Of a DNA stretch of 64,000 bases, positions 49,091-61,899 are shown in pieces (the stretch's first letter is position 1; every line of letters starts with the position of its first letter). The notes beneath the pieces were generated by a model, which was not told where the DNA came from, did not search any database, and saw only the letters and a list, made by a program, of their open reading frames with translations. The stretch comes from Neoechinorhynchus agilis. Its lineage: Eukaryota > Animalia > Acanthocephala. The stretch is from positions 868,001-932,000 of the forward strand of contig CM121341.1 in the NCBI GenBank assembly GCA_051530055.1. Reading direction: 5' to 3'. The position numbers and the translations under genes are program-made.

Positions 49091-52000
49091 GACAAAAAAG
49101 AGATTCCAGATTTATTATCGAACGGAAAATGGGTGTTTTATTTATTTCTTGCTTCAAATTTTCGACGCCTTGCGTCTTCGTCAGGAAGCTTTTCTTCGGT
49201 TGTCTGAAAAGGAATCAGAGGAGGGCAACGCTGTCCGTCAGCTCATCCCTCTTATTGAGCATCCCCTCTGCCTCGTTTTGTCCGTCCTTGCTGCTCGTAA
49301 CCCCACTCAATCCCACTACTCTCTCACGATTAATGCATAGCGCTTCGGCAATCGAGAGATCCACCGGATCGGATGCCTTGTGCATCACCTCAATCTCGAA
49401 GGCTGGGTGGCACCAACGTGAGAGGTAGCGAAATGGGTAGCCCATGGGTTCGATCGGTATACGCTTCTATCGATCATCTCCAAGCGCAGTTCCTCCCTAT
49501 ACTTGAACAAATTCCGCTTGAGAAAATGCAATGACTCCCTAGAGTTCCTCAAGCTCATCATTAGGCATTGTTCTCATCTAACGTACTTGATAAAGTTGTC
49601 GATGAACTGCTGGCCGCAACTATAAACAAAATTAACTTAAAATCCCATGTTTCACAACTTGGAACGCTATCACGTGTGCTTATAATATATATTTGTTGTT
49701 GTTGCACTTTTCTATAACAATTAAAAAATCGAAATAAACGAATCGGCGAAAACATGAACATTTTTAGTTTTCGAACTCAAGGGTTTTTATTTAAGTACGC
49801 AGCATACAAATTCGCTCAAAACAACAAAAGAGTTATGTATTCCAAGTGATTCCATCTTGTTCTCGTTGCAAGTATTCTTGACTCTTCCGTTTGGCTGATC
49901 TCGGAGCCGAAGAGACCAGGATTAAGTAACAAAATAATGAGATAATAAAAGGAATATCTCCCGCGAGATATTCCGGCACGCTCTGCAGTCTTATAAGAAT
50001 CGGGATATCCCTCCCCAAATTCTGACTGAATGGTAGCGACCAAATAACAAAAGGTTCGGGATATACAAATTATGAATAATATGGAAATGTATAGATAACG
50101 AAAATATAGAATAGCAAACGGCCCATATGACTATGTCCTTGTTCTGTGTCCTTGTTTTGTAAAGAATTTTTTAATATCGTATGAATTCATTTTGTGGATT
50201 ACCTCTAAAATCGACTTAGTATCCGAGATACTTACCTTCTTGATCATTGCTCCATCTCTAATTCACCATTCGTATATCTTGCCAGTTGGCATTGGTAAAA
50301 CATTCTTTATTAACACTATCATACATGATAATTTTGGTAAAAAATCTTCCATAGGAAAGACTCCAATCGCTCTTTCATACTAAAAGTTTTATTACAAATG
50401 GTTCTACTTTTGTTACTAAAGATATTATTTACTTTTTTAATAAAAATTTTGGCAAAAGTTAGCCTAAGGTCCGGTGGTCTACCTCTGCCAAAAAAACACA
50501 TAAGTAACCGCTCAAAAGGGTTTAAAAAATAGGTAGATGGTTTAAATGTGGCATGTTAAGTCTAATTAATCTCCAGCACAGTCTTTTTATTTTTATAAAA
50601 AAGGAGGCCAGATTGGAGTTTAGAATCGTTCTTTTGTTGCTAGCCGGAGAGGTAATCCCTAAGAACCCGGAACAGTTTTTAATAGAGCAAGCATTGGTTA
50701 AATCATTTTCGCATACTAGCGTAGTGAGTTTTGCTCTCACACCCGGCGTCTTTAAGGGGATAATTAAAGTATTTTGTCTATTTACAGCGAGATTCGCCCT
50801 CTTTAAAATGCAATCTGAGTTAATACGATCTCCCATAAGTTTAAGAAGCTTTTCCCTTTTTTTATTAAAAGCTAAGAAAAATAAATCATCCGCATAGGCC
50901 CAATATTTACAATATTTCTTGTTAATTGTTTTAAATTTTTAATCATTAATATAAGGAAAAGAGTAGGGGAAATGGGAAGCCTTGAGGCACACCATATTTC
51001 GAGTAAAAAATTGATTTGTTTTTGTCAACATCCACAAAATATTTTTTTGATTCAAATAAAAATTGGGTTAGTTTTTTAAGTTTTTTAGGGATTCTTGAGC
51101 CATCCATAGCCTCATAAATAAAAGTGAGATTGATCGCGACAAATGCCTTGTTAATATCTAGTTGAACAAGGACTTTATTTACTCCAATGATTTGATCATT
51201 AAAACTTTGCAACTCGTATAACAAAGAGCTAACTCCCTTACACGGGACAAATCCATGAAAATTAGGTGGGATAAGATTTTTGTTAACTAAAAAAGTCACA
51301 AGTTTTTTATTAAGAACTTTCTCAATAATCGAAATTAACGGGTTTTGAATAGAAATGAGTCTAACATCCCCAGGACTTGAAATTATTTTATCATTTTTGA
51401 GAATAATTATTTTCCGTACCTTATTGATGGTCAGTTAATCCTGAAAAGATAGCCTTCTATTGCAATTTTGTAATATAAATTCTTTATTAACCGAACGGAC
51501 CACCTGAAGCACTTTGTTCGAGCAGGAAAGAGCGTTGTTGGCGTTAGAAACACCTCTTACCCATACTGACAAAATATCATCTTTTGAAATTTCCATTGAG
51601 TCAATAATATTGTCGGGAAACCAAGTGAGAGAGGAAGCGACTCCAAACAGGTTCCTATAAAGTGTCATCCTTACCATACACCATCTCCGCCACTCATTAT
51701 TTTATATCAGTACATCTCGAATGGGTTCACCTTCAACTCTCTCTTTCTCTTTGTAACGCCAGCCGTGAAATGACCGTCACCGGTGTTTATCGTCGCCTGC
51801 CTCAAGTCATGCCGCCAACACTTCCTGTTTCTAGGAGACTTCAACCGTCTCCTTGCTCCACCGTCACTCTCTGATCTCTTACAACTAGTAAACTTCCCCT
51901 CGCGTGGCTCATCCAAACTAGATAAAATCTTTACCAATATAGCAAAATATTCCGCTCCCATTAAACTCCCACCCGTCGCGACCTCGGATCACTGCACCAT

Positions 52001-52931
52001 CCTCCTTAGACCAATTGTTCCTTCGAAGCGACAGTCCTCCGACCCTTTTGCGGTCTGGGATAAACGTGAGCATAACTCTCTCGATATCCAACGCGTCACA
52101 TCGCTTCGGATTCTGGGCCTAATCTTCCAACACAACCTCAAATGGGACATCCACATTAATGGCGTCGTAGCAAAAGCCACTGCTAAATTGTACTTTATCA
52201 AGCGCTCGCGTTTAGTCGGAGTCAGCCCATGCAATCTAGCACATTTCTATTGGTCCGCTGTGGTCCCCGCAATCTCATATGCATACCCAACCTTTTGCAA
52301 TTTATCCATCAACTGCGCTTGCTCTCCTCTCTAAATAAACGAGCCTGCAAAATTTGCTACAAGGACCTCCCACCAATCGAAGAACACCTTTCCCAAATCT
52401 TCGATAAATACATGACCTCCCTGCGTTCCCTTCCATATAAATTTCTCTCGTTCATCTCGCCAAGGGAACCCGTCCGAAACACACGATGTTCGAGCAGATT
52501 CAATCCGCCTCTCGCTCGCACCACACTATATAAAAAATAATTTTTTGCCATCGCATAATCAACCCATGAGTCTACGGCCTGAATCGGAGGAGAGACTCAT
52601 GTACATGCGGAGACTTGTAGCTCATTCCGAATTACAATCTCAATCAAACAGCACGAATCCAAAGATACATGGTTCCCGTGCTTGTTGGTGTCTGAAATAA
52701 TAAAAAAACGTGTTATTATTACCTCTGGGTAATAAACCGTCCTATCCAATTAGCCGCTTTTTGCTTCCAATCTTATCAATTTTTTTATTATGAAGAGTAT
52801 TCCAGTAGCTTGATGACATGCTTTTTAATGTTGTTAATTTTTTCTTATCTCTATCTAAATTTTCATTCGTTAGATGTTTATAAAATGTCGATCTGTAATA
52901 TTTACTTGCATCCCAAATTGAAAAAGCTAAC

Positions 52932-54656
52932 TTGCATCAGGATGCCCCCATGCAAAAGTTTTGGTCCAACAAATACTGGGCTTGCAATTATAATCTGCAT
53001 TTGCAACAACATCGTAGAGTAATGAAGAATCTTTCCTCCTATACGAAATCCTTTTGGCGAGTTTTGAAGAATTCGAAATTTATCAAATGGAAGGACAAAT
53101 CTTCAAGATGGATCAGGTCTTCATCGTATAAGGTGGTATTGTACGACATTTTAGGCAAACTCTCCGTTGGAGCAACAAATGTTTCCCCTACTAACGATTG
53201 GCTAACCCTCCCACTATTGCGATCATTAATTGAAGGAGATTTGCATATGGATGATATTTTAAAAGCACGGGGAAGTATGATAAGGTTGTCATCAAATAAT
53301 TTTTGTGCTTCTAGTAAATGCCTAAGGTACATAGAACCTTCAATCCGACCCCTAATCGCCTCTTGTATGCTTAGAGCATCTAGAGATGATTGGTTGAGCA
53401 TTAACCTGGCACGGAGAATTCTCCTCGTAAAAGCCAAAAAGAAGGTGGTCAATTCCTCCTCAGATCTTAGGCCAATTTCCATTCAGAACGCCCTAGTATC
53501 TCTTTATGAGAAAGCTCTTGTTATTCGTTTGATGAAATTTTGTAGGGAAAAGGACGTTATAAACCGAAACTGCCACGGTTTTTACCAAGGGAGATCCGTA
53601 ACTTCTGTAACAAGAGCCATCTATGATTCCCTTAGGTACCAAAATTTTAGGTATCGCTGCCTCATTTCATTCGATTTTACCGCAGAGTATGACAACATTG
53701 ATCTGCAATTTTTAATGCACTACATGGTCCTTCTCAACTTCCCACAAGATATTTTAGTTCGTATCAAAGATATTTTAGCCACCAAGTCCTTTTATTTTGA
53801 TGACGACGAGGATCATAAAATCTTTTATCCTAAAAAAGGTTTACCACAGGGCTCCCCACTATCTCCTATTTTATTTTTAATAGCAATGCAACTTATGGCC
53901 GATTTCTATAAGGAAGGTGTCAATATTTTTATATATGCTGACGATATAAGTGCAGTTTTATTTACCAACAACTCCTGGGAATTGCCTATACTACTGAAGG
54001 AACTGTTAGCCCATATCAACAAACGTGCAGTACTCATGGGCATTGAACTTAACCCTAACATAACCAATATTATGGCTGTAGCGGGCAGCGGATATGTAAA
54101 TAAGAAACTTAATTTAATAATTAAAAATCAATTTTTACATATTTTAGATCAAACCAACATCGTTGGTCATTTACGTTTTAACAAAATTAAAATTTTAGGA
54201 TACAGTTTTAACGCAAATTTGAATGAAAAGTTAGATATGAAACTTTTTAAAAGAATTTTAATAACTGCCAAACGCTACTGTACAAGAGCGTCGAAGCTTC
54301 AACTGAGTTATAAAAAACAATATTTTATCTGGAAAACATGGGCAATTTCTGCCCTAACCTTTTTTAGTCGCGGTCGTCCACCCGAACAGCGGCCCATTTT
54401 CGGTGAGGCCCTGCTACAAAACGCGTCATTCTTAAGACAAAAAAGAGATTCCAGATTTATTATCGAACGGAAAATGGGTGTTTTATTTATTTCTTGCTTC
54501 AAATTTTCGACGCCTTGCGTCTTCGTCAGGAAGCTTTTCTTCGGTTGTCTGAAAAGGAATCAGAGGAGGGCAACGCTGTCCGTCAGCTCATCCCTCTTAT
54601 TGAGCATCCCCTCTGCCTCGTTGTGTCCGTCCTTGCTGCTCACGATTAATGCATAG
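52932..54656 (+). mobile_element. LINE A RT, 5'-truncated copy
   Basis: 574-aa ORF with a few substitutions relative to the other copies. Confidence 0.92.
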
Positions 54657-57600
54657 CGCTTCGGCAATCGAGAGATCCACCGGATCGGATGCCTTGTGCA
54701 TCACCTCAATCTCGAAGGCTGGGGTGGCACCAACGTGAGAGGTAGCGAAATGGGTAGCCCATGGGTTCGATCGGTATACGCTTCTATCGATCATCTCCAT
54801 AATTCGTTCCAAGCATCCTGTTGAACACAACGAGCGCAGTTCCTCCCTATACTTGAACAAATTCCGCTTGAGAAAATGCAATGACTCCCTAGAGTTCCTC
54901 AAGCTCATCATTAGGCATTGTTCTCATCTAACGTACCTGATAAAGTTGTCGATGAACTACTGGCTGCAACTATAAACAAAATTAACTTAAAATCCCATGT
55001 TTCACAACTTGGAGCGCTATCACGTGTGCTTATAATATATATTTGTTGTTGTTGTTGTTGCACTTTTCCAAAACAATTAAAAAATCGAAAAAAAACAATC
55101 GGCGAAAACATGGACATTTTTAGTCTTCGAACTCAAGGGTTTTTATTTAAGTACGCAGCATTCAGATTCGCTCAAAACAACAAAAGAGTTATGTATTCCA
55201 AGTGATTCCATCTTGTTCTCGTTGCAAGTATTCCTGACTCTTCCTTTTGGCTGATCTCGGAGCCGAAGAGATCAGGATTAAGTAACAAAATAATGATATA
55301 ACAAAAGGAATATCTCCCGCGAGATATTCCGGCACGCTTTTCTGCAGTCTTATAAGAATCGGGATATCCCTCCCCAAATTCTGACTGAATGGTAGCGACC
55401 AAATAACAAAAGGTTCGGGATATACAAATTATGAATAATATGGAAATGTATAGATAACGAAAATATAGAATAACAAACGGCCCATATGACTATGTCCTTG
55501 TTCTGTGTCCTTGTTTTGTAAAGAATTTTTTAATATCGTATGAATTCATTTTGTGGATTACCTCTAAAATCGACTTAGTATCCGAGATACTTACCTTCTT
55601 GATCATTGCTCCATCTCTAATTCACCATTCATACTCCTCTTGCCAGTTGGCATTGGTAAAACATTCTTTATTAACACTATCATACATATTGATTTTGGTA
55701 AAAAATCTTCCATAGGAAAGACTCCAATCGCTCTTTCATACTTAAAAGTTTTATTACAAATGGTTCTACTTTTGTTACTAAAGATATTATTTACTTTTTT
55801 AATAAAAATTTTGGCCAAAAGTTAGCCTAAGGTCCGGTGGTCTACCTCTGCCAAAAAAACACATAAGTAACCGCTCAAAAGGGTTTAAAAAATAGGTAGA
55901 TGGTTTAAATGTGGCATGTTAAGTCTAATTAATCTCCAGCACAGTCTTTTTATTTTTATAAAAAAGGAGGCCAGATTGGAGTTTAGAATCGTTCTTTTGT
56001 TGCTAGCCGGAGAGGTAATCCCTAAGAACCCGGAACAGTTTTTAATAGAGCAAGCATTGGTTAAATCATTTTCGCATACTAGCGTAGTGAGTTTTGCTCT
56101 CACACCCGGCGTCTTTAAGGGGATAATTAAAGTATTTTGTCTATTTACAGCGAGATTCGCCCTCTTTAAAATGCAATCTGAGTTAATACGATCTCCCATA
56201 AGTTTAAGAAGCTTTTCCCTTTTTTTATTAAAAGCTAAGAAAAATAAATCATCCGCATAGGCCCAATATTTACAATATTTCTTGTTAATTGTTTTAAATT
56301 TTTAATCATTAATATAAGGAAAAGAGTAGGGGAAATGGGAAGCCTTGAGGCACACCATATTTCGAGTAAAAAATTGATTTGTTTTTGTCAACATCCACAA
56401 AATATTTTTTTGATTCAAATAAAAATTGGGTTAGTTTTTTAAGTTTTTTAGGGATTCTTAAGCCATCCATAGCCTCATAAATAAAAGTGAGATTGATCGC
56501 GACAAATGCCTTGTTAATATCTAGTTGAACAAGGACTTTATTTACTCCAATGATTTGGTCATTAAAACTTTGCAACTCGTATAACAAAGAGCTAACTCCC
56601 TTACACGGGACAAATCCATGAAAATTAGGTGGGATAAGATTTTTGTTAACTAAAAAAGTAACAAGTTTTTCATTACGAACTTTCTCAATAATCGAAATTA
56701 ACGGGTTTTGAATAGATATGAGTCTAGCATCCCCAGGACTTGAAATTATTTTATCATTTTTTGGAATAATTATTTTCCGTACCATATTGATAGTAAGTAA
56801 ATCCTGAAAAGATAGCCTTCTATTCCAATTTGGTAATATAAAGTTCTTTATTAACCGAGCAGGACCACCTGAAGCACTTTGTTCGAGCAGGAAAAGGCGT
56901 TGTTGGCGTTAGAAACACCTCTTACCCATACTGACAAAAATATCATCTTTTGAAATTTCCATTGAGTCAATAATATTGTCGGGAAACCAAGTGAGAGAGG
57001 AAGCGACTCCAAACAGGTTCCTATAAAGTGTCATCCTTACCATACACCATCTCCGCCACTCATTATTTTATATCAGAACATCTCGAATGGGTTCACCTTC
57101 AACTCTCTCTTTCTCTTTGTAACGCCAGCCGTGAAATGACCGTCACCGGTGTTTATCGTCGCCTGCCTCAAGTCATGCCGCCAACACTTCCTGTTTCTAG
57201 GAGACTTCAACCGTCTCCTTGCTCCACCGTCACTCTCTGATCTCTTACAACTAGTAAACTTCCCCTCGCGTGGCTCATCCAAACTAGATAAAATCTTTAC
57301 CAATATAGCAAAATATTCCGCTCCCATTAAACTCCCACCCGTCGCGACCTCGGATCACTGCACCATCCTCCTTAGACCAATTGTTCCTTCGAAGCGACAG
57401 TCCTCCGACCCTTTTGCGGTCTGGGATAAACGTGAGCATAACTCTCTCGATATCCAACGCGTCACATCGCTTCGGATTCTGGGCCTAATCTTCCAACACA
57501 ATCTCAAATTGGACATCCACATTAATGACGTCGTAGCAAAAGCCACTGCTAAATTGTACTTTATCAAGCGCTCGCGTTTAGTCGGAGTCAGCCCATGCAA

Positions 57601-58149
57601 TCTAGCACATTTCTATTGGTCCGCTGTGGTCCCCGCAATCTCATATGCATACCCAACCTTTTGCAATTTATCCATCCATCAACTGCGCTTGCTTTCCTCC
57701 CTAAATAAACGAGCCTGCAAAATTTGCTCCAAGGACCTCCCACCAATCGAAGAACACCTTTCCCAAATCTTCGATAAATACATGACCTCCCTGCGTTCCC
57801 TTCCATATAAATTTCTCTCGTTCATCTCGCCAAGGGAACCCGTCCGAAATACGCGATGTTCGAACAAATTCAATCCGCCTCTCCCTCGCACCACACTATA
57901 TAAAAAATCATTTTTTGCCATCGAACAATCAACCCATGAGTCTACGGCCTGAATCGGAGGAGAGACTCATGTACATGCGGCGACTTGCAGCTCTTCCTAG
58001 TTACAGTCTCAATCAAACAGCGCGAAACCAAAGATACATGGTTCCCGTGCTTGTTTGTGTCTGAAATAATAAAACGTGTTATTATTACCTCTGGGTAATA
58101 AACCGTCCCTATCCAATTAGCCGCTTTTTGCTTCCAATCGATCCAATTT

Positions 58150-60830
58150 TTTTATTATGAAGAGTATTCCAGTAGCTTGATGACATGCTTTTTAATGTTG
58201 TTAATTTTTTCTTATCTCTATCTAAATTTTCATTCGTTAGATGTTTATAAAATGTCGATCTGTAATATTCTTAGTGCCAGATTCCCTTTTAACTCATTTA
58301 TAATGGATAATCCCATAAATGAATTGGTGAGCTTTGAGGGTCTCCATTTTTTTAAATGGCAAAAGGTGGTTAGTTTATCGTTAGCCGCTTTAGAGATGAT
58401 GTCACCAACTTCTGATAATTTAAGCCTCTGTAAAGACACTTTTGATTTAATTTGAAGGTTAAAATTATTTACATTATTTAAATTGAAAACGACTCTGGTT
58501 TTTAGGTCTAGTTGACCGGATTCGAACGGTATAAGATCATGCCCTATTGATTTCTGATCTAAAATTTGAGCTCCCATTCTCACGGAAATATTAAATTCTT
58601 TTTTAATTAGGCAAGCATCTAGGTAGGAGTGTGCATTTTTCGCATAATTATGGAATGGGGGAAAAGGCGTTTGATAGAAATTAAATATGTTTGACCATTT
58701 TCCAAAAGCTGTAAGGGAATTGGAGTTAAAGCCTTCTATAATTATGTCAGGATTCCAGTCTATCATCCATTGACTTTTCCCCTTTAAAAATTTGTTCACT
58801 TTTCTTGAGGGGATGTAGAGATTGCATAAAATCAATTTATTATCCTTAAACGTTAAAAAAGCGTCTACGGAAAAATTTGTACAGCAAGATAGTCTTCTTT
58901 AAACTGCAAAAGCAATTTAGGGTTAAGAGATTTTTTATAAACGTTTGCAAACCCCCGAGAATCCAATGTTTTTTGGATTAGGAAATGAGAAGGTGCGGGA
59001 AAGAATAAAATGATCAAAAATAGAGAAATTTAAGATATTGGAAATTCCCGATTCCTGGAAACAGAGTACTTCTGCATCCAGGATATTGATTTGATTTAAT
59101 ATATGATTAGAGATTGTACTACCTCTAGAAATATTATAGGATAAAATCCTTCTATTATTCATCATAATGAAAAGGCGAAGAGTTGCTCTCTTCCCTTATA
59201 AAGATTTTAGGATCATTATTGTCTAACTTGTTTTCTGTTTTCCTTTTATAAGGATTAAAGGAAGGAGATTGATCCATAGTCATCACTTCCACCGCACCTT
59301 CCATTGCGATATCTTCCATATTATCAACCATCCTAATCTATTCCGACTCACACCTTCCGGATTCACCGCTTTTGTCTGGTGAATTTTTTAACGAATTTAT
59401 TATTGCGTCTTTTTCTTCAATTTTTTGTAAAGAATTTTAACTTGATCTTGCAGGGAGCGAATTTAACCCACTAAGGATTCCAAAAACTGTCTATCATATG
59501 TTTGGCTGAATGAAGTATTATGAGAAGAGGATGGCGAAGGGTTGCTTCTGTTTACCCAGGCATTGGAGTTATAACCGTTAGAATTTTCATATGATTTGAA
59601 GTATTTTATTGCTGCAGGACAGAACCTTTTAAAGGCTTCGTGATTTCCATCACAATTGCAGCAACATATTCTACTGCTTTGGCATGATCAAGAAGGATGA
59701 TTTTCGGCACAGGTGCCACATTTCGGATCATTTTTGCATTGTGAAATACAATGGCCCCATTTGTTGCATTTCTTACATTGGATCAAAATATAATCATAAA
59801 TCGAGTTTTGTCTCTGAAAGGAAAAGTTTATCCAGTGGACCAGAAAACCCGCCGAAGTGCCTTTTAATTTATCAATTATTTTAGATGAACCTTGTACTAG
59901 TAGAGCACAAGGGGGTTATCCGGATTATTGAAGAGAAATTTAATAGTTTTAATTTGGAATTTTTGTTCAAACATAGAAAGATCCTCCTGATTCATATTTG
60001 GAATATCGAAAACAAGCAGCGAAACTTTACGCGAAATATCCGCAAAATCCACCTGACAATCTTTTAACATTTTAGAAAAAAGGTCACGCTCGTCATAACT
60101 CACGAATGCGATTAGGTGAGCCATTTTTGTTGAGATATATTTTTTGATCTGATAAATCTTCACACTTTCCCACTTTTTTGGTAATAACTAATTAGTAAAG
60201 TAATGTTTAACCACCTCGTTTAGAGAGGCACTTTTTAAATTTTCCTTTTTAATACGGAGAATAAATTCCGCTTTGCGTCTCGGGAGTTTCGGCGTAAACT
60301 CCTGATGGATATCAACTGAGACTTTAGAATTGAATGAGGAGTCATTATTATTCACAAACTTAGTTAAATTATGTATTTTTTCAAACCTTCGAACATTGGA
60401 AGAGTTTAATCCTTCCTTGTCTATACCAACAACTTGCGTGTGGGGGGCCGGAAACCCATTATTATTTAGAAAAACCACACTGGTCTTATCAACAAAACTG
60501 TGGGGGCAGAACACCCATTACTCAAAACCACATTGAGAGGAATACCAACATTCCCATCCCTGAGACCCTCCAAACTAACCTTGTCATTGACTACCGGACT
60601 AGTTTTGCGTTTATCAGTAGGATCGGGAGACCTCAAATAATGGGATTTGATTTGATGCCTAGCAGTTGAATTTTTGAGCGACATAATTGATAATTTTTTT
60701 GTTAAAAACTGCGCACCGACAAACGAGTCTAAAGATGGAGGAATTGATTGCGCTCAGTTAGTTTCTAAAGATCTAAGTGATCGCGCAGTCTTGTCGGACT
60801 CTCGGATGGACACCGTTTATCATCCTCCAC
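58150..60830 (-). mobile_element. LINE family B 5' half: ORF1 with CCHC knuckles and APE endonuclease
   Basis: EN: ILSYNI, VLCFQE, LCNLYIP, GFN, YLD. Contiguous with the ORF1 duplicate (59365-60830). The matching RT resumes at ~56960 after the LINE D insertion. Confidence 0.82.
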
Positions 60831-61049
60831 TTCGAGATGAAGGAGGAGGTTTTCGGACTGATGATGTATTTGTATCTTCATTCCCTGCTCTCTCCTTCCC
60901 TCTGATTCGTCCATCCAAGTTCCCATAACCAAACTTCCCCTCAAAAAGGAGGATTATATCCTTCGCGTTCACAAATAAAATGTGGGCCCCACTCCAAGTA
61001 CAATATTTTGGAAAAGTACAACCAACATACTCTCTCATCACACCAACGT

Positions 61050-61612
61050 AATCTTCTCACTTACAGTATCAAAAAAATTTCGACAACAAGTTCAGCTTTC
61101 TCTTTTCCTTTGTCGACAACAAGGGAAAATCCATATTCTCAGATATGCTTACAGATATGAAAATAAAACATGATGATATTTCCAGAAAGGTCTCTTTCCT
61201 GATGACCAACCCTCCTCTTGATCTCCCGATTGAAGAACAAAAAATTATTGAGAGCGATCTCAAAATCAAACTCATAAAATACCTATTCCGCAAAAACAGT
61301 AGCTCCCAATATATGCCTTTATTTGCTCCGCCCCAATTGATGTAGCTGATTGCTTATGTGGTTCCACAAAAATTGTGTTCTCGCATTTGGTATCCTTCAC
61401 CAATTATAGAGATTCGATCTACGATTTCAATCTCACTATTTGCCAGAACTGCTCCCACTGAGGTCATCAGCCTCATGGATGCAAAATCACTCCTAGGTGT
61501 ATTTTCGACGCTGAAGACTACTGCAAGGATAAATGCCCGGACCCCAAAAAAGTCAAATGCGCCAATTGCCATCTTCCTCACCCTGCTTTCGCCAGATCAT
61601 GCCAAGCTGCTA
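61050..61612 (+). mobile_element. LINE family C ORF1 fragment
   Basis: Duplicate of 30100-30596 but retaining a segment (~61410-61485) that is deleted in the first copy. Confidence 0.8.
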
Positions 61613-61636
61613 CGCAATCTCGGACCAACAAGCACA

Positions 61637-61877
61637 GCAGCTATCGAGGGCTCACTATTTTGTCCCCTTTGGGGTAGAGACGTATGGAGCGCTCGGCAGC
61701 TCGGCACTCTCTCTGCTCAAGGATCTCTCGAAGAAATTGAGAGAGGCAACCGGAGACTCAAGAGCAGGCTTATTTCTTCGACAAAATATCTCGCTGGCAG
61801 TACAACGGGGCAATGCTGCCAGCGTGATGGCGACGGTCGAGGAAGGACAAAAGCTGGAATTTGGTGGGAGGTGGTGA
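61637..61877 (+). mobile_element. CRE-type RLE 3' fragment
   Basis: FVPFGVETYGALGSSAL.LLKDL...LRQNISLAVQRGNAASV, homologous to 33861-34070. Confidence 0.8.
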
Positions 61878-61899
61878 ATGTAAAGAAAAGTAACCAAAT

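Larger units (their letters stand above)
46747..58269. repeat. Tandem array of a ~5.35-kb composite unit (LINE D 3' end, LINE A RT, spacer, LINE B RT, LINE D EN), about 2.15 units
   Basis: CCAACGCGTCACATCGC at 46747, 52088 and 57454 (periods 5341 and 5366). TCCAATTAGCCGCTTTTTGC at ~47400, ~52745 and ~58113. Confidence 0.95.
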
